A DNA stretch of 63,826 nt, counting the filler, from Reclinomonas americana ATCC 50394 (Eukaryota): assembly GCA_048213135.1 (NCBI GenBank). It is 8 parts of 4 records of this genome, joined end to end, with 100 filler letters (N's around TTAATTAATTAA, not from the genome) between each part and the next. Parts side by side here need not be neighbours in the genome. Positions count along the whole stretch, not along the records: positions 1 to 30,160 come from PS015106.1; 7 more parts are not named here. One strand, 5' to 3'. Below the pieces are notes generated by a model. It searched no databases, was not told the DNA's origin, and worked only from the letters and a program-made list of their open reading frames with translations. Positions 11,691 through 25,460 of the stretch are shown one piece after another; position 1 is the first letter of the stretch, and each line of letters begins with the position of its first letter. The position numbers and the translations under genes were made by a program.

Positions 11691-14600
11691 TCAGTGCGCG
11701 AATGCACGATCTTCAAACGAGATCAGCATGTTGACCTTGCGCACGTACGGAATCAGCGACGCGTTGCCGAGGATCTTCAACAGCTTGTCTTCGGTGACGT
11801 ACTCCTCGCCCTCTTGACCCTCGATCTGTGTTGGTTGTTCAACGCGACACCGCAGTGAGTGGTTGGTTCACAATTCGCTTCTTGTTGTGCACAAACCTTT
11901 CTGAGGTACTCGTAGAGGGCCAGGAAACGCGCCGGTCCAAGCAGGTCCTCGCACTCCTTTTGCAATCGCACCACTCGCTCGGTGATGTCGCCGACCGGTG
12001 CACGAGCTGCAGCATGTGACAGTCAGCATCAAGTCTTGCCTTTCTCATTCATGAGTGCGCTAATCACACCAACCATCGGGAGAGAACACGTGCGGCATGG
12101 GTCTAGGTCGCGACAGAGTGTCCTCCATCTCGTGTGCCACCTCGTCCCAGTCCTCGTCGGCATCGTCTCCATTCGCATCGCCCTACAGAGCGACAAAGTG
12201 AGCCCACTGCAATACACAACAAACAAGACCCTTGAGTGGTCAAGAACCTTATCAAACTCCGTGAGTCGGAATGGGGCGTTGCGAGTCGGCGGATCGAGCA
12301 GCACGTCAGCACCACTCGGCTGACGCTGCAGGCCCAGGCGAGCCTCCACACCTGTTCATCGACTCATCAGCATCAGCGTGCAAGAGAGAACCAACATCCA
12401 CGCTTCGTTCACACATACCCGACAAGTGCGCCTCGATCTCGGCCAGTCGCGCACGCTGCTCATACTCGTCCTCCTCGTCATCGTAGTCGTCCTCATCGTC
12501 GTCGTCCTCCTCTGCCTCACTCGAATACTCGTCGTCGTCAGCACCCGACGAGTAATACTCGACCGGCATGCTCATCGCCGACGCAGCGCCGGCAGCACCA
12601 GCGGCTGCTGATGCGGAGCCGCTTGGTCTTTCCAGAGCCGACGAGTTCGGCGGGGGTGGAGCGCTTGGTCGCTCGAGTCGGTGTGGGTTACCTGAGACTG
12701 CGACATAATTGCCGGCTCGGTCACCGCCCGCCTCCATGGGGACCGGCCGAGAGAACTGCAGCAAACAACAAGTGTCGGCCAAAAGAGAAAAATATACTGT
12801 GCGTGGGAGAAGGCAGTACAGACCTGGGCAGGAAAGGGCCGCTTTCCAGCACCATTTCCGCGATCGACTACGCCCCCAGCTCCGCCGGCAGATGGGCGGC
12901 GGCCCACCTGCTCCTGCTGATAACCCTCGTCACTGTCCGAAGAACCGTCATCATCTCGTCCGCCCGCATGCGCATTCGCCGACTTGCCCGCGCCCACCTG
13001 TGTTGCACAAGAGATGAGTGGCGTGGGGAGGCGGGAGACGGACATGAGCTTGCGTTCGCACCTCCAGCTTCCAATTCTTGAGGTGTTCACGTTGCTGGCG
13101 AACTTCCGCATTGGCCGACGACATGACGCGCTGTTCACGTGCGAGACGCATCTCTGCAATGTTGTCGATCAGTGTCTGCACGAACGCACGCACACGAGAT
13201 GGACAAAGCAGCACAGAACCTTCATCAGTGGACGCCTCGCGCTCCAGGAACTTCATGTGGTCCGGCAACACAATCTCCACGCCAATGTCCTGGTGCGCGT
13301 TGCCTGCAGCCAGACACAACAATCGTCAGTCACCTTGCACGCAATCGTCTTCTCACTTGTTCACCGAGAAACGAACCAGTCTCAGCTCGTTTCTTGCGGA
13401 TTGCATCACGCAGCGAGCTCGACTCTCTGCACGCGACATGAGTATTCAGAATGCGTTAAACAACATGGCAGTCGTGATGCCGACGACAGACCTTCGGAAA
13501 TGTTCGTGCGGCACACGCTTCTCGGTCAGCTGACCACGCGCCTTGCCTTGTGGTTCTCCTGCAGCGGCCGACGGCGCTGCTTGCTTCTTGCCAGACGGAC
13601 CACCCGCCATGCCAGCCCGCGCCGCTGCCACAGCAGCCGCAGCCGCGGCATTGGCCTGCCGACACAAATCACCGAGTCAACATACAAAAAAAAAAAAAGA
13701 AGCACAGTCAACCATGAGCGTGCATACCTGCGACGAAGGACCGCGCTCGCCCACCGAGTTGGATCGCGGTCTTGACTCGGTCGACACACTCGACGACCGC
13801 TTCCGCGCCACTCCATCATCGATGAGCACAGCCTCGCTTCTGCTGTGCTGCAGGTGTGATTCGTCGGCGCTGTTGGATTCGTGACTGCATCCGCGATGAT
13901 GGAGTGAGCATCACGGATTGTGATGGAGGACCAAAGCGAGAGCACATACCTTCTTGCACTGCCCAGAACATCGCCCTCGGAAGCTACCCGCTGCACCAGT
14001 TTTTGGTTGCCCACAAAAATCTCCACCTCCATTTCCTCTGCGCAGTCGAAGTGAACACGGGCATTCCATCTCTCTCGTTCTTGACGTACACACACAGTGC
14101 TTTGCGGCTTACCATTCTTTCGCGCGTCGCCACGAGCGGCGCGGAACTGACTCTTCATCTCGCGCAGCTTGGCCTGGTGCTGCCGAATCGCCTCCCTGTT
14201 GCGCGTGCGAGTCAGCATGGATGGATACACGTGGGCATGTGTGTCAATGCCGGCGAGCGCAACTTCTTTTCTCGCTCAGCGGCCTCCCTCTCAGCACGCT
14301 GTGCCATCTCCAACTCCCGCCTCTCACGTTCCCGCTCGCGTTCGCGGTCGGCCTTTTGCTTGGCCGCCGCAGCCGCCGCCGCCGCCGCTGCTGCTGCCGC
14401 TGCCGACACAGGAGGCGCAGCACCGGAGGGAGGTGCACCAGCGGGAGGACCGCTGGGCACCATCACTCCACCAGCACCAGCCGCAGCAGCTGCCGCCTGA
14501 CCTGGCGACGGCGCATTCAGCACGTGTGCCCTGGCCTGCCGCGCACGCTCCTTTTCCGCACGCCTGCGTCGCAGCATACACGTAAGTGACTTTCTCGGTG

Positions 14601-15382
14601 CAGATGCAAATGACGACACAGCGAGGTGACGTACACAGCCTCGGCGCGCTCCTGCACTTTTTGACGTTCACGATCCATGCGCTCCTTGCGCTTTTCTCGC
14701 TCCCGCACAATCGCGTCGTGTTTCTGCTTCAGCTCGTCATTCTGGCCCACACGTGCCAGCAGCTCCTGCTCCTTGGCCTGCCTCTCCTCCGCTGTCAGCC
14801 GCTTGCTTCGCGGCTTGGGGCGTCTGTGATGACCGTGCCCGTGACCGTGTCCGTGACTGTGGCTGCCGGAGCCGGTGCCTGAGTCATCCCCTGATTCATC
14901 ATACGGCGATGCCGCGGCGGCCATTTGTTGTTGTTGCTGCTGTTGTAGTTGCATTTGTTGCTGTTGATACATCATCTGCTGCTGATGGTGTGCCTCGCCA
15001 CCACGCGCACGATGCGCTTCTCGTGGTGCTCCTTGACCACCGCCGCCACCACCAATCTGCGGCCGTGGGTCCTCCGGGTGCAAAATGTTGCTGCGCGCGG
15101 AGAGGGAACACAGGGAAGGGAGAGGCTGGAGTCAGCAACGAAGCCCGCGATCTTTAGCAAACAAAATAATGTTGACGCAACTAAATGTCAATCATCTCCG
15201 CCTGCTTCTGCATGAACCAATCGTCGCCCATGACTGGCGGCGAGCGAGATGACGGTTGTGCCGGACCCACTGCAGCGCCGAGAGCCGGCGCCGAGATGCG
15301 TCGTGGAGCACCCTGGTTGGCTGCAGCTGCTTGCGATGGTGGTTGTGGTTGTGGCGCTGCTGGTGGTTGTGGTTGTGGTGGC
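11691..15382 (-). CDS. Coiled-coil/low-complexity protein with NEK1/NIMA-like C-terminal helical tail (5' end lost in gap)
   Basis: Many exons with charged coiled coils and Q/A/D-rich tracts. Final exons VRLQKECEDLLGPARFLALYEYLRK...YVRKVNMLISFED resemble NEK1-type tails. No kinase domain is visible. Confidence 0.45.
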
Positions 15383-16048
15383 NNNNNNNNNNNNNNNNNN
15401 NNNNNNNNNNNNNNNNNNNNNNNNNNNNNNNNNNNNNNNNNNNNNNNNNNNNNNNNNNNNNNNNNNNNNNNNNNNNNNNNNNNNNNNNNNNNNNNNNNNN
15501 NNNNNNNNNNNNNNNNNNNNNNNNNNNNNNNNNNNNNNNNNNNNNNNNNNNNNNNNNNNNNNNNNNNNNNNNNNNNNNNNNNNNNNNNNNNNNNNNNNNN
15601 NNNNNNNNNNNNNNNNNNNNNNNNNNNNNNNNNNNNNNNNNNNNNNNNNNNNNNNNNNNNNNNNNNNNNNNNNNNNNNNNNNNNNNNNNNNNNNNNNNNN
15701 NNNNNNNNNNNNNNNNNNNNNNNNNNNNNNNNNNNNNNNNNNNNNNNNNNNNNNNNNNNNNNNNNNNNNNNNNNNNNNNNNNNNNNNNNNNNNNNNNNNN
15801 NNNNNNNNNNNNNNNNNNNNNNNNNNNNNNNNNNNNNNNNNNNNNNNNNNNNNNNNNNNNNNNNNNNNNNNNNNNNNNNNNNNNNNNNNNNNNNNNNNNN
15901 NNNNNNNNNNNNNNNNNNNNNNNNNNNNNNNNNNNNNNNNNNNNNNNNNNNNNNNNNNNNNNNNNNNNNNNNNNNNNNNNNNNNNNNNNNNNNNNNNNNN
16001 NNNNNNTCCTCCTCCTCCTCCTCCTCCTCCTTACCTCTGCGCCTGCAG

Positions 16049-18355
16049 GTGTGATTGAGATGCCCGAGTGGTGGATTGAGGAGAACGGCGATGTGCCGCA
16101 TTACAGCGACTCGGATCACTTTGAGAGACGACGACGACTGGGTGAGTCGCGCCCTCTCCCTCCTTGCTTCCTGCCGACTTTTGCATTGAAAGTGTGGCGC
16201 AGAGCCTCCACCGAATCGCATTGCGTGGAAGCACGGACTAGTGTCGCTGCCGGCGCTCAAGCCGGTGGTGTCGTCGCAGTGGGCGGATGCAGAGCCGTTT
16301 CAGGGCGCGGATGAGAAAGAGGCGGCGAAGCAGGTGCAGCAGCGTGTGGCGGCGGTGCTGGAGAGACCAGTGACGAGTGAGGCGCTGTTGGAGTATGGCC
16401 AGTGCCCGCGTGCGTTCTACTATCGGCAGGCGCTGTCGCTGCCGGCGAGATCGTCACCGGTGTGTTTGTGATTGATGAAGGCCGAGGACTGGGGAAAGGT
16501 GACTGACTTGCTGGCACGCAGGATGCGGTGCTGCATCGCGTTGTGCGTCACACGGTCGCCAATGTGTGGAACTGTCGACTGGAGCTGGTGCGCACCTCTT
16601 CCTCGTCGTGGTGAACACGCCGCGGCTCAATCGTTCACTTTCCCCTTACAGCACCCCATGTCCGAGTACGTGCACATGCTGACGGAGCGACTGTGGGAAG
16701 ACAGCCGCGTGTGGTACCACTCGTATGTGCGCCAGTGGGGCACGTTCAGCGATCTGGATGTTGAATTGGCTCGCGACCAGAGCGTGTTTGCTCTGCGTGC
16801 GCTGTGTGGTGCGTTGCGGGGAGGCGCGTCCTGGTGGAATGCTGCTCGCTGACATTCTGATTTGCAGCACCGCTGCTGAACAAGCGCGAGATCTTCCTCC
16901 TGCCCAATCGTCTCGAACTGCTGCAACATCGCGAAGCTTTCCCGCAGTGCAATGTGTCACTGAATGGCGGCGACAAGTTCTCTACGCTGGTCGACGCCGG
17001 TGAGAAGCGAGTGCATTTTGGTGAAATCTGTGTTCCGCCTGACAGATCCCCCATGGCGCGTTGCAGTTCACACCAGCGAACGCGGACGATCTCTCTCATT
17101 TGTCGTTCCCGGTCGGCACAACGATCTTGTCCCTGGAGTGGACAGCAACACACGAAAACAGGTTTGTTTCTGTAGTCGTGCTCAGCCTCTCTTCGTACCT
17201 CATCTCTCACCACGACGCGCACTTCGCAGGCCCTGGCGTCACTATGGTTGGCCTCGCAAGATCCCACACAGCCGCCAGTGGATCGCCTGAGCTTTGTGTT
17301 TTCTGGTGTTCGAAAGGTCGGTCAGGATGCATTCCCTTGTGTGTGTTTTTGCGCTCATGAGGACAACGCGACACAGACATTCTTCCTCTTCCCGTCATTC
17401 GACGCCTCGCTGCTGCGTGAGGGCGCCAAGATTGCGGAAACGTGGGACTCGTACGTGTGGTACATGCGTGATCAACTCAGCGGGCGCGTCACGCTGGAGA
17501 GCATCCTCGACGATCGTCGCTCGAAGATGGGAAACGTCGAGTCGCCGCTGGTGGAACTGCAAGAAGAGCCAACGGTTTGTGTGTGTGCGTGTCTCTTCTC
17601 CCTCCTGTTGTCCTCCTCTTCCGCTGCTTATCACTGTGGCAGGTTGGTGAGCGGGCCTTCCCCGCTCGACCGAGCGTCAATAACTGCGACACGTGTCCGT
17701 TCAAGGGCTGGTGCAAGCCGTATCAGGAGCATGTACTGGTGCGTCGTGTTGTGTATTCCGTGTTGTGTGATGAAGTATTGACACGCTGGCGCTTCGCAGA
17801 GACGAGAAAGGCGGCCGGGTCTTGGCGTGTGGTTCGATGGGCATGTGGTTAATCTCCAGCCGCAGACCAGTCTCACTTCGAAAGCCACTGTGCGTCCAGC
17901 CGTTATTTCACACTGTCTACTCCTGTGTTGCTCATCGCTGTTCACACGCGTGCAGGTGGTGCTGCAACCGGAGGAGCCTCGTGCACGACCTTTTGCCTTT
18001 GTGCAACGAGGCCTGACGGCGGCGGTGTTGTCGGAGCTGACCACACCGGGTGCCTTTGTGCAAATGGCGGAGACCGATCTGTTCATGGACCACGTGTCGG
18101 GTGAGGTGCAAGGTCTGCAACGCGACCCGATGCACATGTCCTTTGATGGCCGCGTGCCCTCGATGGCGTGGTTGACGGATCTGGCTGCGAGGTGCGTCTG
18201 TCTTTGATTCGCTTTATGTCTTCTTTCCCTGATGCTGATTGGTGTCTTCTTGCAGACGGACGTCCCTCTGGCGCTCGCAGGTGCTGCCGAGCGAAGAGGA
18301 GGCGGCCAAGCGAATACGGTATCTCGACGATTTTGATACCACTGGACCACGATAG
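16049..18355 (+). CDS. AddB/Cas4-like PD-(D/E)XK-family nuclease with four-Cys (putative Fe-S) staple, 5' partial
   Basis: N-terminal VTSEALLEYGQCPRAFYYRQAL (S.S.L..Y..CP..FYY type) and C-terminal FPARPSVNNCDTCPFKGWC (CxxCPFxxxC). About 10 spliceosomal introns. Catalytic residues not clearly identified. Confidence 0.7.
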
Positions 18356-18447
18356 ATAAGCTGTTGCGCTACACCGTAATACACACGAAGCTACATTTTT
18401 AACAGGCACAGATTGGGGTGGTGGTGGTGCATTGCACGCGAAGCGAG

Positions 18448-21400
18448 TTATTCGCCAGTCTTGCGTCGCTTCTTGCGCGGGCTGTTCATGGAGCGCGTGT
18501 CGAGAGACTCTCCATTCGGCAGACCGGAGAACTGGCTCAGGAAGCGATTGAAGGCCTTGAGTGCCAGCGGCAACTGCAACACATTTCGTGAGACGGCAGG
18601 AGAGCAAAGACACTGCGCAGGCAAGAGGATGCTGACCTTTTCGCGGTCGCGGACGTACAGTCGAATGTACCGCTCCTGGAACTGCGTGGGGATGAGCAGG
18701 CTGACCTTTTCGCGTCCAATGGTGAAGGAGCCTGTGGAGAGGGAAGGGTGAGGGGCGAAGGTAAGAAGGGGAAGGGCGGAGTGAGAGAGAGAGGGATTGG
18801 GGAAGAGAGAAGGGAGAGAGGCGCGGGGGAGGGGGAGGGTGAGGGGCGCGGGCGGAGAGAGAGAGAGAGGAAGAGGGAATGGGGTGTGAAGAGAATACAG
18901 AAAGGGAAGGGAGAGGCGCGAGGGAGAAAGAGGGAGGAGTGCAAGGAGTGGGAGAGAAGAGAGAAAGGAAGGGGAAGGGGGAGGGAGAGATTCGCGAGGG
19001 ATGAAGAGGGAGGAGGAAAAGGAGAGCAGCGGGAGGAGGGAAGGGAGCACGGAAGGTGAAGAGGGAAGAAGGCATGGAGAGACACGGGGGAAGAAGCGCG
19101 AGCCAATGCAAAAGGAAGGAGGGGATAGAGGAGACGGGAAGGAAAAAAAGGGGCAGTGAACAAGACAGCTCACGCAACGCTGATCGCGCGGACTGCTATA
19201 AAAGTGCACATTATCCACGGGGTTCTTGTCCTTCATCGCGTAGTTGATCTTGAGATCCTGCACAATCAGGTCCTCGGGTTGCAGCTGTCCGCCGCCGCCT
19301 CCCATGCGCGACAGCAGAGACGACGACGACATGCTTTGCGACGACGCCACGCCGCTGCTCTGCGAGGTGCTAATGTCGATGGCAGTCACCTGCAAGGCGA
19401 TGAGCTTGGACGGACAGCAAGGGAGAAGCACAATCTCGCACACCTTCGGGAAGTTGACTGTCATCTCGGGCGGAATAATGACCTCGTCGACAAACTTGTA
19501 CAGCTGTCGCTTGCGCAGACGCCGCAGGACGGCTTGAGATTCGGCCAGCGCCGGGTCACGCGAGCTTTCGATGGCGTTGAGGACGGAGTCGTTGAGGTGC
19601 ATGTAGCGCTCTGGGTCGTCGATGGCGTCGACCAGGCGCAGGGAGTCGTTGGCCAGGACCAGGGCGTCGGTGATCATGTATTCGATGGCCTTGGACACGC
19701 TGCGGCACGAGGGAAAGGTGAAATAGGGGAAGGGAGGGTGAGGGAAAAGGAACAGGAGGAAGGAACAGGGGGAAGGAAAAGGGGAAGGAAAAGGGGGAAG
19801 GAAAAGGGGGAAGGAGAAGGGGAAGGAGAAGGGGAAGGAACAGGGGAANNNNNNNNNNNNNNNNNNNNNNNNNNNNNNNNNNNNNNNNNNNNNNNNNNNN
19901 NNNNNNNNNNNNNNNNNNNNNNNNNNNNNNNNNNNNNNNNNNNNNNNNNNNNNNNNNNNNNNNNNNNNNNNNNNNNNNNNNNNNNNNNNNNNNNNNNNNG
20001 AGAGAGGGAGAGAGAGAGAAAGCTCACCGATGCGAATACACCTGCTTGTGCAACGTGTACCGGGTGTGGAACAACTCGTACAGATTGAACACCTCCTTGG
20101 CGTGGAAGCAGATGCGACCGCCGACCACGTGACTGAATTGCATGAGTCTGGCGACCGACAAGAAGTCAGTCGCGGTGATGACATGCTGCCATGACAGAAG
20201 CACCGAGGACTCACCGCCACGGATCAAACGACGACTTGAAACCAATGTTCATCGTGTCGCGGCTGATGTAGTCAAACTTGTCCACGTCGACACTGTTCTC
20301 CGTGTTGGCGACAAACTGGTACAGGAACTCGCGCTCGCGCGGAGGCATTCCGCTGCAGGGGAAGAGGAAATGAGAAGGAGGAGAGGAGCGCAGCACATTG
20401 GTCGAACACACGCAACGGCGATCTGTTCGAGTGAATGAGGTCCTCGAGGAAGTGAATGTCGTCCGAGTCGTAATCCAGATGGTTGTCGTCGATCAGGTAC
20501 CGCAGCATCATCTTGCTGCCGTCTTCGTGCGTCCAGGTCGATTCGGGGCTGTAGTGGAAGAGTCTCGTGAGGAGGAGAGCGGAAGGGACGGTGGCGAGAC
20601 AGAGACACTGACCGTAGTCGCCGCACGACTTCGTTGTCCCACACGTGACTGAACGGTCCGTGGCCGAGATCGTGGCACAGACCTGCGATGGGAAACTGAT
20701 GAGCACGATTGACACCATCACCTTTATGCACTGCATAGCGACAAACCAGCAATGCGGATCATCATGGCCTCGTGCTCGGTGACCTCCAGCTCCGGCTGCG
20801 ATATGCGAATGCGATCGATCCAGCGACCGGCGAGGTGCGACGTGCCTGCACCGCAACACCATCGTCAGCCAACAACGACGCCCAGTGAAGTAAACAAAGC
20901 AGAAGCAGTCGCTCACCAAGACAGTGCTCGAACCGATTGTGCGACCCACCGGGAAACACGTAGTACGAGGAACCTGCACAATAGACAGTGAGAAGAGAGG
21001 TGAAGGGAAGAGAGGAGGGAGAAGAGGACGGGTGAAGAGACGAGAAGGAAAAGAAGAGGAGAGGAGAAGATGAGAGAAGAGCAGAGAAGAGAACAGGAAG
21101 GCAAGTGAACGGCAGAAAAAAGGGGGGAGGGAGAAGATCGGGTGAGAAGAGGAGAGAGGAGAGGGAAGAGTGGAGAACAGAAACAGAAACAGAAGACGAG
21201 GAGGGAAGTGAAGAGGAAGAGGAGAGAGGAGGAGAGAAGGGAAGGGAAGAGAAAGGGGAAACGAAGGAAGAGAAAGAAGAGAACGGAGAAGAAGAAACAA
21301 GGGACAAGTCAAGTAGCGCCCCACACACCAAGCTGCTTCAGATACCGCAATCGCTGAAACTGCGGCGTATCGACAAACTCGACACACGCACTCTCCAGCC

Positions 21401-22723
21401 TACCACGCCAGTCAATCAGCCACCAAACAAAACGCACAAGAAAAGACACACAAACCTGAAATGCCCATGCACCGGATCATTAATGATCTTGTAATGCCGG
21501 CCCGACGCCGTGCCCGCCGCATACGGCGAGCAGGTCGGATAGAACGCTCCCAGTCCATCATNNNNNNNNNNNNNNNNNNNNNNNNNNNNNNNNNNNNNNN
21601 NNNNNNNNNNNNNNNNNNNNNNNNNNNNNNNNNNNNNNNNNNNNNNNNNNNNNNNNNNNNNNNNNNNNNNNNNNNNNNNNNNNNNNNNNNNNNNNNNNNN
21701 NNNNNNNNNNNNNNNNNNNNNNNNNNNNNNNNNNNNNNNNNNNNNNNNNNNNNNNNNNNNNNNNNNNNNNNNNNNNNNNNNNNNNNNNNNNNNNNNNNNN
21801 NNNNNNNNNNNNNNNNNNNNNNNNNNNNNNNNNNNNNNNNNNNNNNNNNNNNNNNNNNNNNNNNNNNNNNNNNNNNNNNNNNNNNNNNNNNNNNNNNNNN
21901 NNNNNNNNNNNNNNNNNNNNNNNNNNNNNNNNNNNNNNNNNNNNNNNNNNNNNNNNNNNNNNNNNNNNNNNNNNNNNNNNNNNNNNNNNNNNNNNNNNNN
22001 NNNNNNNNNNNNNNNNNNNNNNNNNNNNNNNNNNNNNNNNNNNNNNNNNNNNNNNNNNNNNNNNNNNNNNNNNNNNNNNNNNNNNNNNNNNNNNNNNNNN
22101 NNNNNNNNNNNNNNNNNNNNNNNNNNNNNNNNNNNNNNNNNNNNNNNNNNNNNNNNNNNNNNNNNNNNNNNNNNNNNNNNNNNNNNNNNNNNNNNNNNNN
22201 NNNNNNNNNNNNNNNNNNNNNNNNNNNNNNNNNNNNNNNNNNNNNNNNNNNNNNNNNNNNNNNNNNNNNCATCATCATCATCATCCTCATCATCCATATC
22301 CGCGCCTAAACCTCCCAGTGCTGCACTGACACTGCCACTGTCACGTCGACGCATTCCCGTCACTGCAGCAGTCGATGATTCCCCGCCTGCTGTTCCTGTT
22401 CCTCCGCCTAACATGAGCTCCACTGAGCGTTTCCGCGTGACAGTGGTGGCTTGTGCAAGACGCGCGTGTGTCGACGGCGATGAGGCGGATGAGGTTGTCT
22501 GTGAGGTGCGTGAGGGGAAGATGATGACTTCTTCTTCTTCTTCCTCGTCTTCCTCCTCGGTCTTCATGTGCTCGTCACTGGTCTCCTTTTTGTGAGTGGA
22601 GGAGACAACTGATGGTGGTTGTTGTTGTGCTGGGGGAGGTGGTGGTGGTGGTGGGATTTCGACCACGTCGTCGTCGTCGTTGTCTTCGTCGTCTTCTTCG
22701 AGGAGGCGGCGGAGTGAGGCCAT
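18448..22723 (-). CDS. SAMHD1: SAMHD1-like HD-domain dNTP triphosphohydrolase (two gaps inside; acidic low-complexity N-terminus)
   Basis: KIINDPVHGH, DTPQFQRLRYLKQLG, YVFPGGSHNRFEHCLG, AGLCHDLGHGPFSH, WTHEDGS, VDVDKFDYISRD, LFHTRYTLHKQVYSH, LRKRQLYK. The start at 22723 is inferred across a gap. Confidence 0.92.
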
Positions 22724-22827
22724 TTGTGCGTGCGTTTGGGGAGAAGAAGAAGGGGAGGGAGAAGGACAATTGAAGGGGTTTGCCTTCGATGTCGACGTCG
22801 ATATGGATCTGCAAACGTGATAGTGTT

Positions 22828-25380
22828 TTACTCAACGAGGAACACTTCGTAGTCTGCCACTTGGAACTTGTGCGACCCCATCAGTGTTGTCGTGTCACAT
22901 GCTGCACCGTCTGTGCTCAGATATTGGGACGGAAGGTTACTGAGGCTGTTGCTGTTGCTGTTGCAGTTGTCAGCCAAGCGAAGATCAGGAGTACCAAAGT
23001 TAGGTCCATCTTCACGGCTGTGAAACACAGCATTTGGCTTCTTGTCGCTCTTCAGTGCAAAGCGACGCGCAGTTGCACCACTCCACGAAGCCGAGAACAG
23101 GAAGCTAGTGCCCGATGGATCGGCGGCATAAACACCATATGCAGGAGACGTCCATGAGACAGGCGTGTATCCGCCAGAAACTCGTCCGGTCGACGACTTG
23201 GCCACGACAAGCGTCGGTCTGCAAACAGTCACTCATCCATCAGCCATCAAAAACACCCATCTCTTTCTCTCCTTCCTCACTCACTCACCCACGATTGTCA
23301 CATCGCTGGTGGAATGTGGCTGCCCTGAACCCATCTCGACTGCCTTTGAACAGCAACGTCAACTTGGGCGCCTTTCCGCCGCTGCCCCGCGCTTGCTGCA
23401 CCCACTGCAGCACCACTCGCCCATCCGCAGCATTCAGCAGATCACTGCCAAATTTTCCCTCGGCCAGCTCCCGCTCCTCTCGTTCCCTGGCGATCCGCTC
23501 GCGCTCCTCTCGTTCCCTCGCCAGCCTCTCACGTTCCTCCTGCTCCCTGGCCAGCCGCTCGCGTTCCGCCGCCTCTCGTTCCTGGATCTCTCGTACATGC
23601 ACCTCCAGAGGCTCGAGACGGGCAAGCAGCTGCAGTTGGACAAGAGGCAGAGTAAGAAAAGGAGACAAACGCAATTAACCCCTGAGTGATCACACAACAA
23701 ACCTGAGCAACACCTCTCTCGAGAACTTCACGTAGGCGCTGCTCAGCGGCGAGTTGCTGGCGACACTCGACAAGCACTCCCACACTTTCGGCAAGACGCT
23801 CATCCGTTGCTTGCCTTGCTCGTTGCTCAGCCGCTAGTCGCTCATCCGCCGCCCGCATATCAACTTGCCTCGCCTCTCTCTCCTGGACCAGCTGCTCCCT
23901 GCTCGCAGCCACCATCTGAGACAGCTCTCGCACCCGGCCATGCAGCTGTGCAAGACAAGTCAGCAGCATGAATTGGCCAGCAGCATCCACTCCATCATTC
24001 CAAACTCACCTCTCGCAGCGGTCGCTCCACTCGCAGCACATCACACACTCGCTCGTGCTCCTCCCTCTCGCCAATGATCCCACGCCATTCACACCCCAGT
24101 TCACCACCACGACATACTGTGTGTTGCAGTCGGCACTCCGTTTCTGCCACAAGAGAACAAATCAGTGTCCTTCCCTCGCTTCCTATCACTCTCACTTAAT
24201 CACACACACACACACTCTCCCTCCCTCCCTCCCTCCCTCTCTCCTTCCCTCCCTCCCTCTCCTTCCTTCTTCTCCCTCTGTCTCTCCCTCTCCCTCTCCC
24301 TCTCCCTCTCCCTCCCTCACCAAGATGCCGCTGCATCTCCGCCAATGCACACAGCTGCTCACATCCACGCGGACACACTCACATACACCCGCTCCAGCTG
24401 TGCTCCACCATCTCGCTCAGCGCCAATCGCACTCCACATCCGAGCGGACACTCGCGCAAACAGCCGCTCCACTCATGCTCCGCCGTGCGATCGAGAGTCA
24501 TCCGCTGTCCACATCTCTCGCATGCATACGGGCACTGCGTGAGGCCATGTGTGCGGTAATAGTCGCCTACCGTCTGCTCATCCACAGTGAGGACAAAGCA
24601 CAAGACAAACAACTTCATCAGACAACACAAACCATGGGTGCGTGGCACAGCGGGCATGTGATCTGTGGTGCTCTCTCATGTCAACATCATTGGCGACTTG
24701 CGGAACAACAACAACACAGAACCTTCATGTTGCTGTACATGAGCTGAAACCGTCGCTGAACCTCGTGCATTGTGCCGAGGGACGTGACTCCATCGCCACA
24801 CAGATCCGCTCCAGCCTCCGTCACATGCTCACTGTCACATGAGACCCCACAAAAGAGAGAGATGGAAGTCAGTGAACAGCTTCTCCCTTCCCTCTCATGC
24901 ACACTCACCGACACAAGTGGTGCAGCTCGCTGGCACACAGCACGAAATCCGGAGCACACAGATCCTGACAACAACACAATGTCAATGTCATCAATGCACG
25001 CACGAGAGAGAGAGAGAGAGAGAGACGACTCACAGTGCTGCATTCCCTTTCTCTCTCTCTCTCTCTCTCACTCTTCGCACACTGACCATGCACACTGGGC
25101 ACACGTATTCCTCCGCCAATGTCCGCGACTCTTGCGCGACTTGCTCCATCCACAAACGCGGTGGTTCCTTCTCCTTCTCTCCCTCCTCAGATGGAGGACG
25201 ACGATGCACAGCGCGCACCACACAAAACACGTATTGTTCCTCACTGTCGCCAGTGAGTCGCATCACTTGCTGCTCGAGAACAACCTGAGTGTCATCAGCA
25301 GGAGGAGGAGGAAGAGGAGGAGGAGCAGACCCACTGCCTTCTCCACCACTGCCTCCCACGTGCGCGTCTTCGAAACCCAT
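22828..25380 (-). CDS. RING-like + TRAF-type zinc fingers + coiled coil + TLDc protein, copy 1
   Basis: MGFEDAHV...EEYVCPVCM|DLCAPDFVLCASELHHLC; CP.GC repeats and CRGGELGCEWRG...EHERVC; coiled coil; TLDc motifs LLFKGSRDGFRAATFHQRCDNRGPTL, GGYTPVSW, SFLFS, GPNFG, YEVF. Confidence 0.88.
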
Positions 25381-25460
25381 TCACAAACTTATCATGATGT
25401 CCTGTCTCCCGTCACTCATCTGCCTTCACGACATGCAGCCCTTCTCCAAAACGAGGTGTT

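Noticed and set aside
11691-15382. Definite NEK kinase call
   Set aside because: No kinase motifs are visible; only the tail resembles NEK1 and the 5' end is in a gap.
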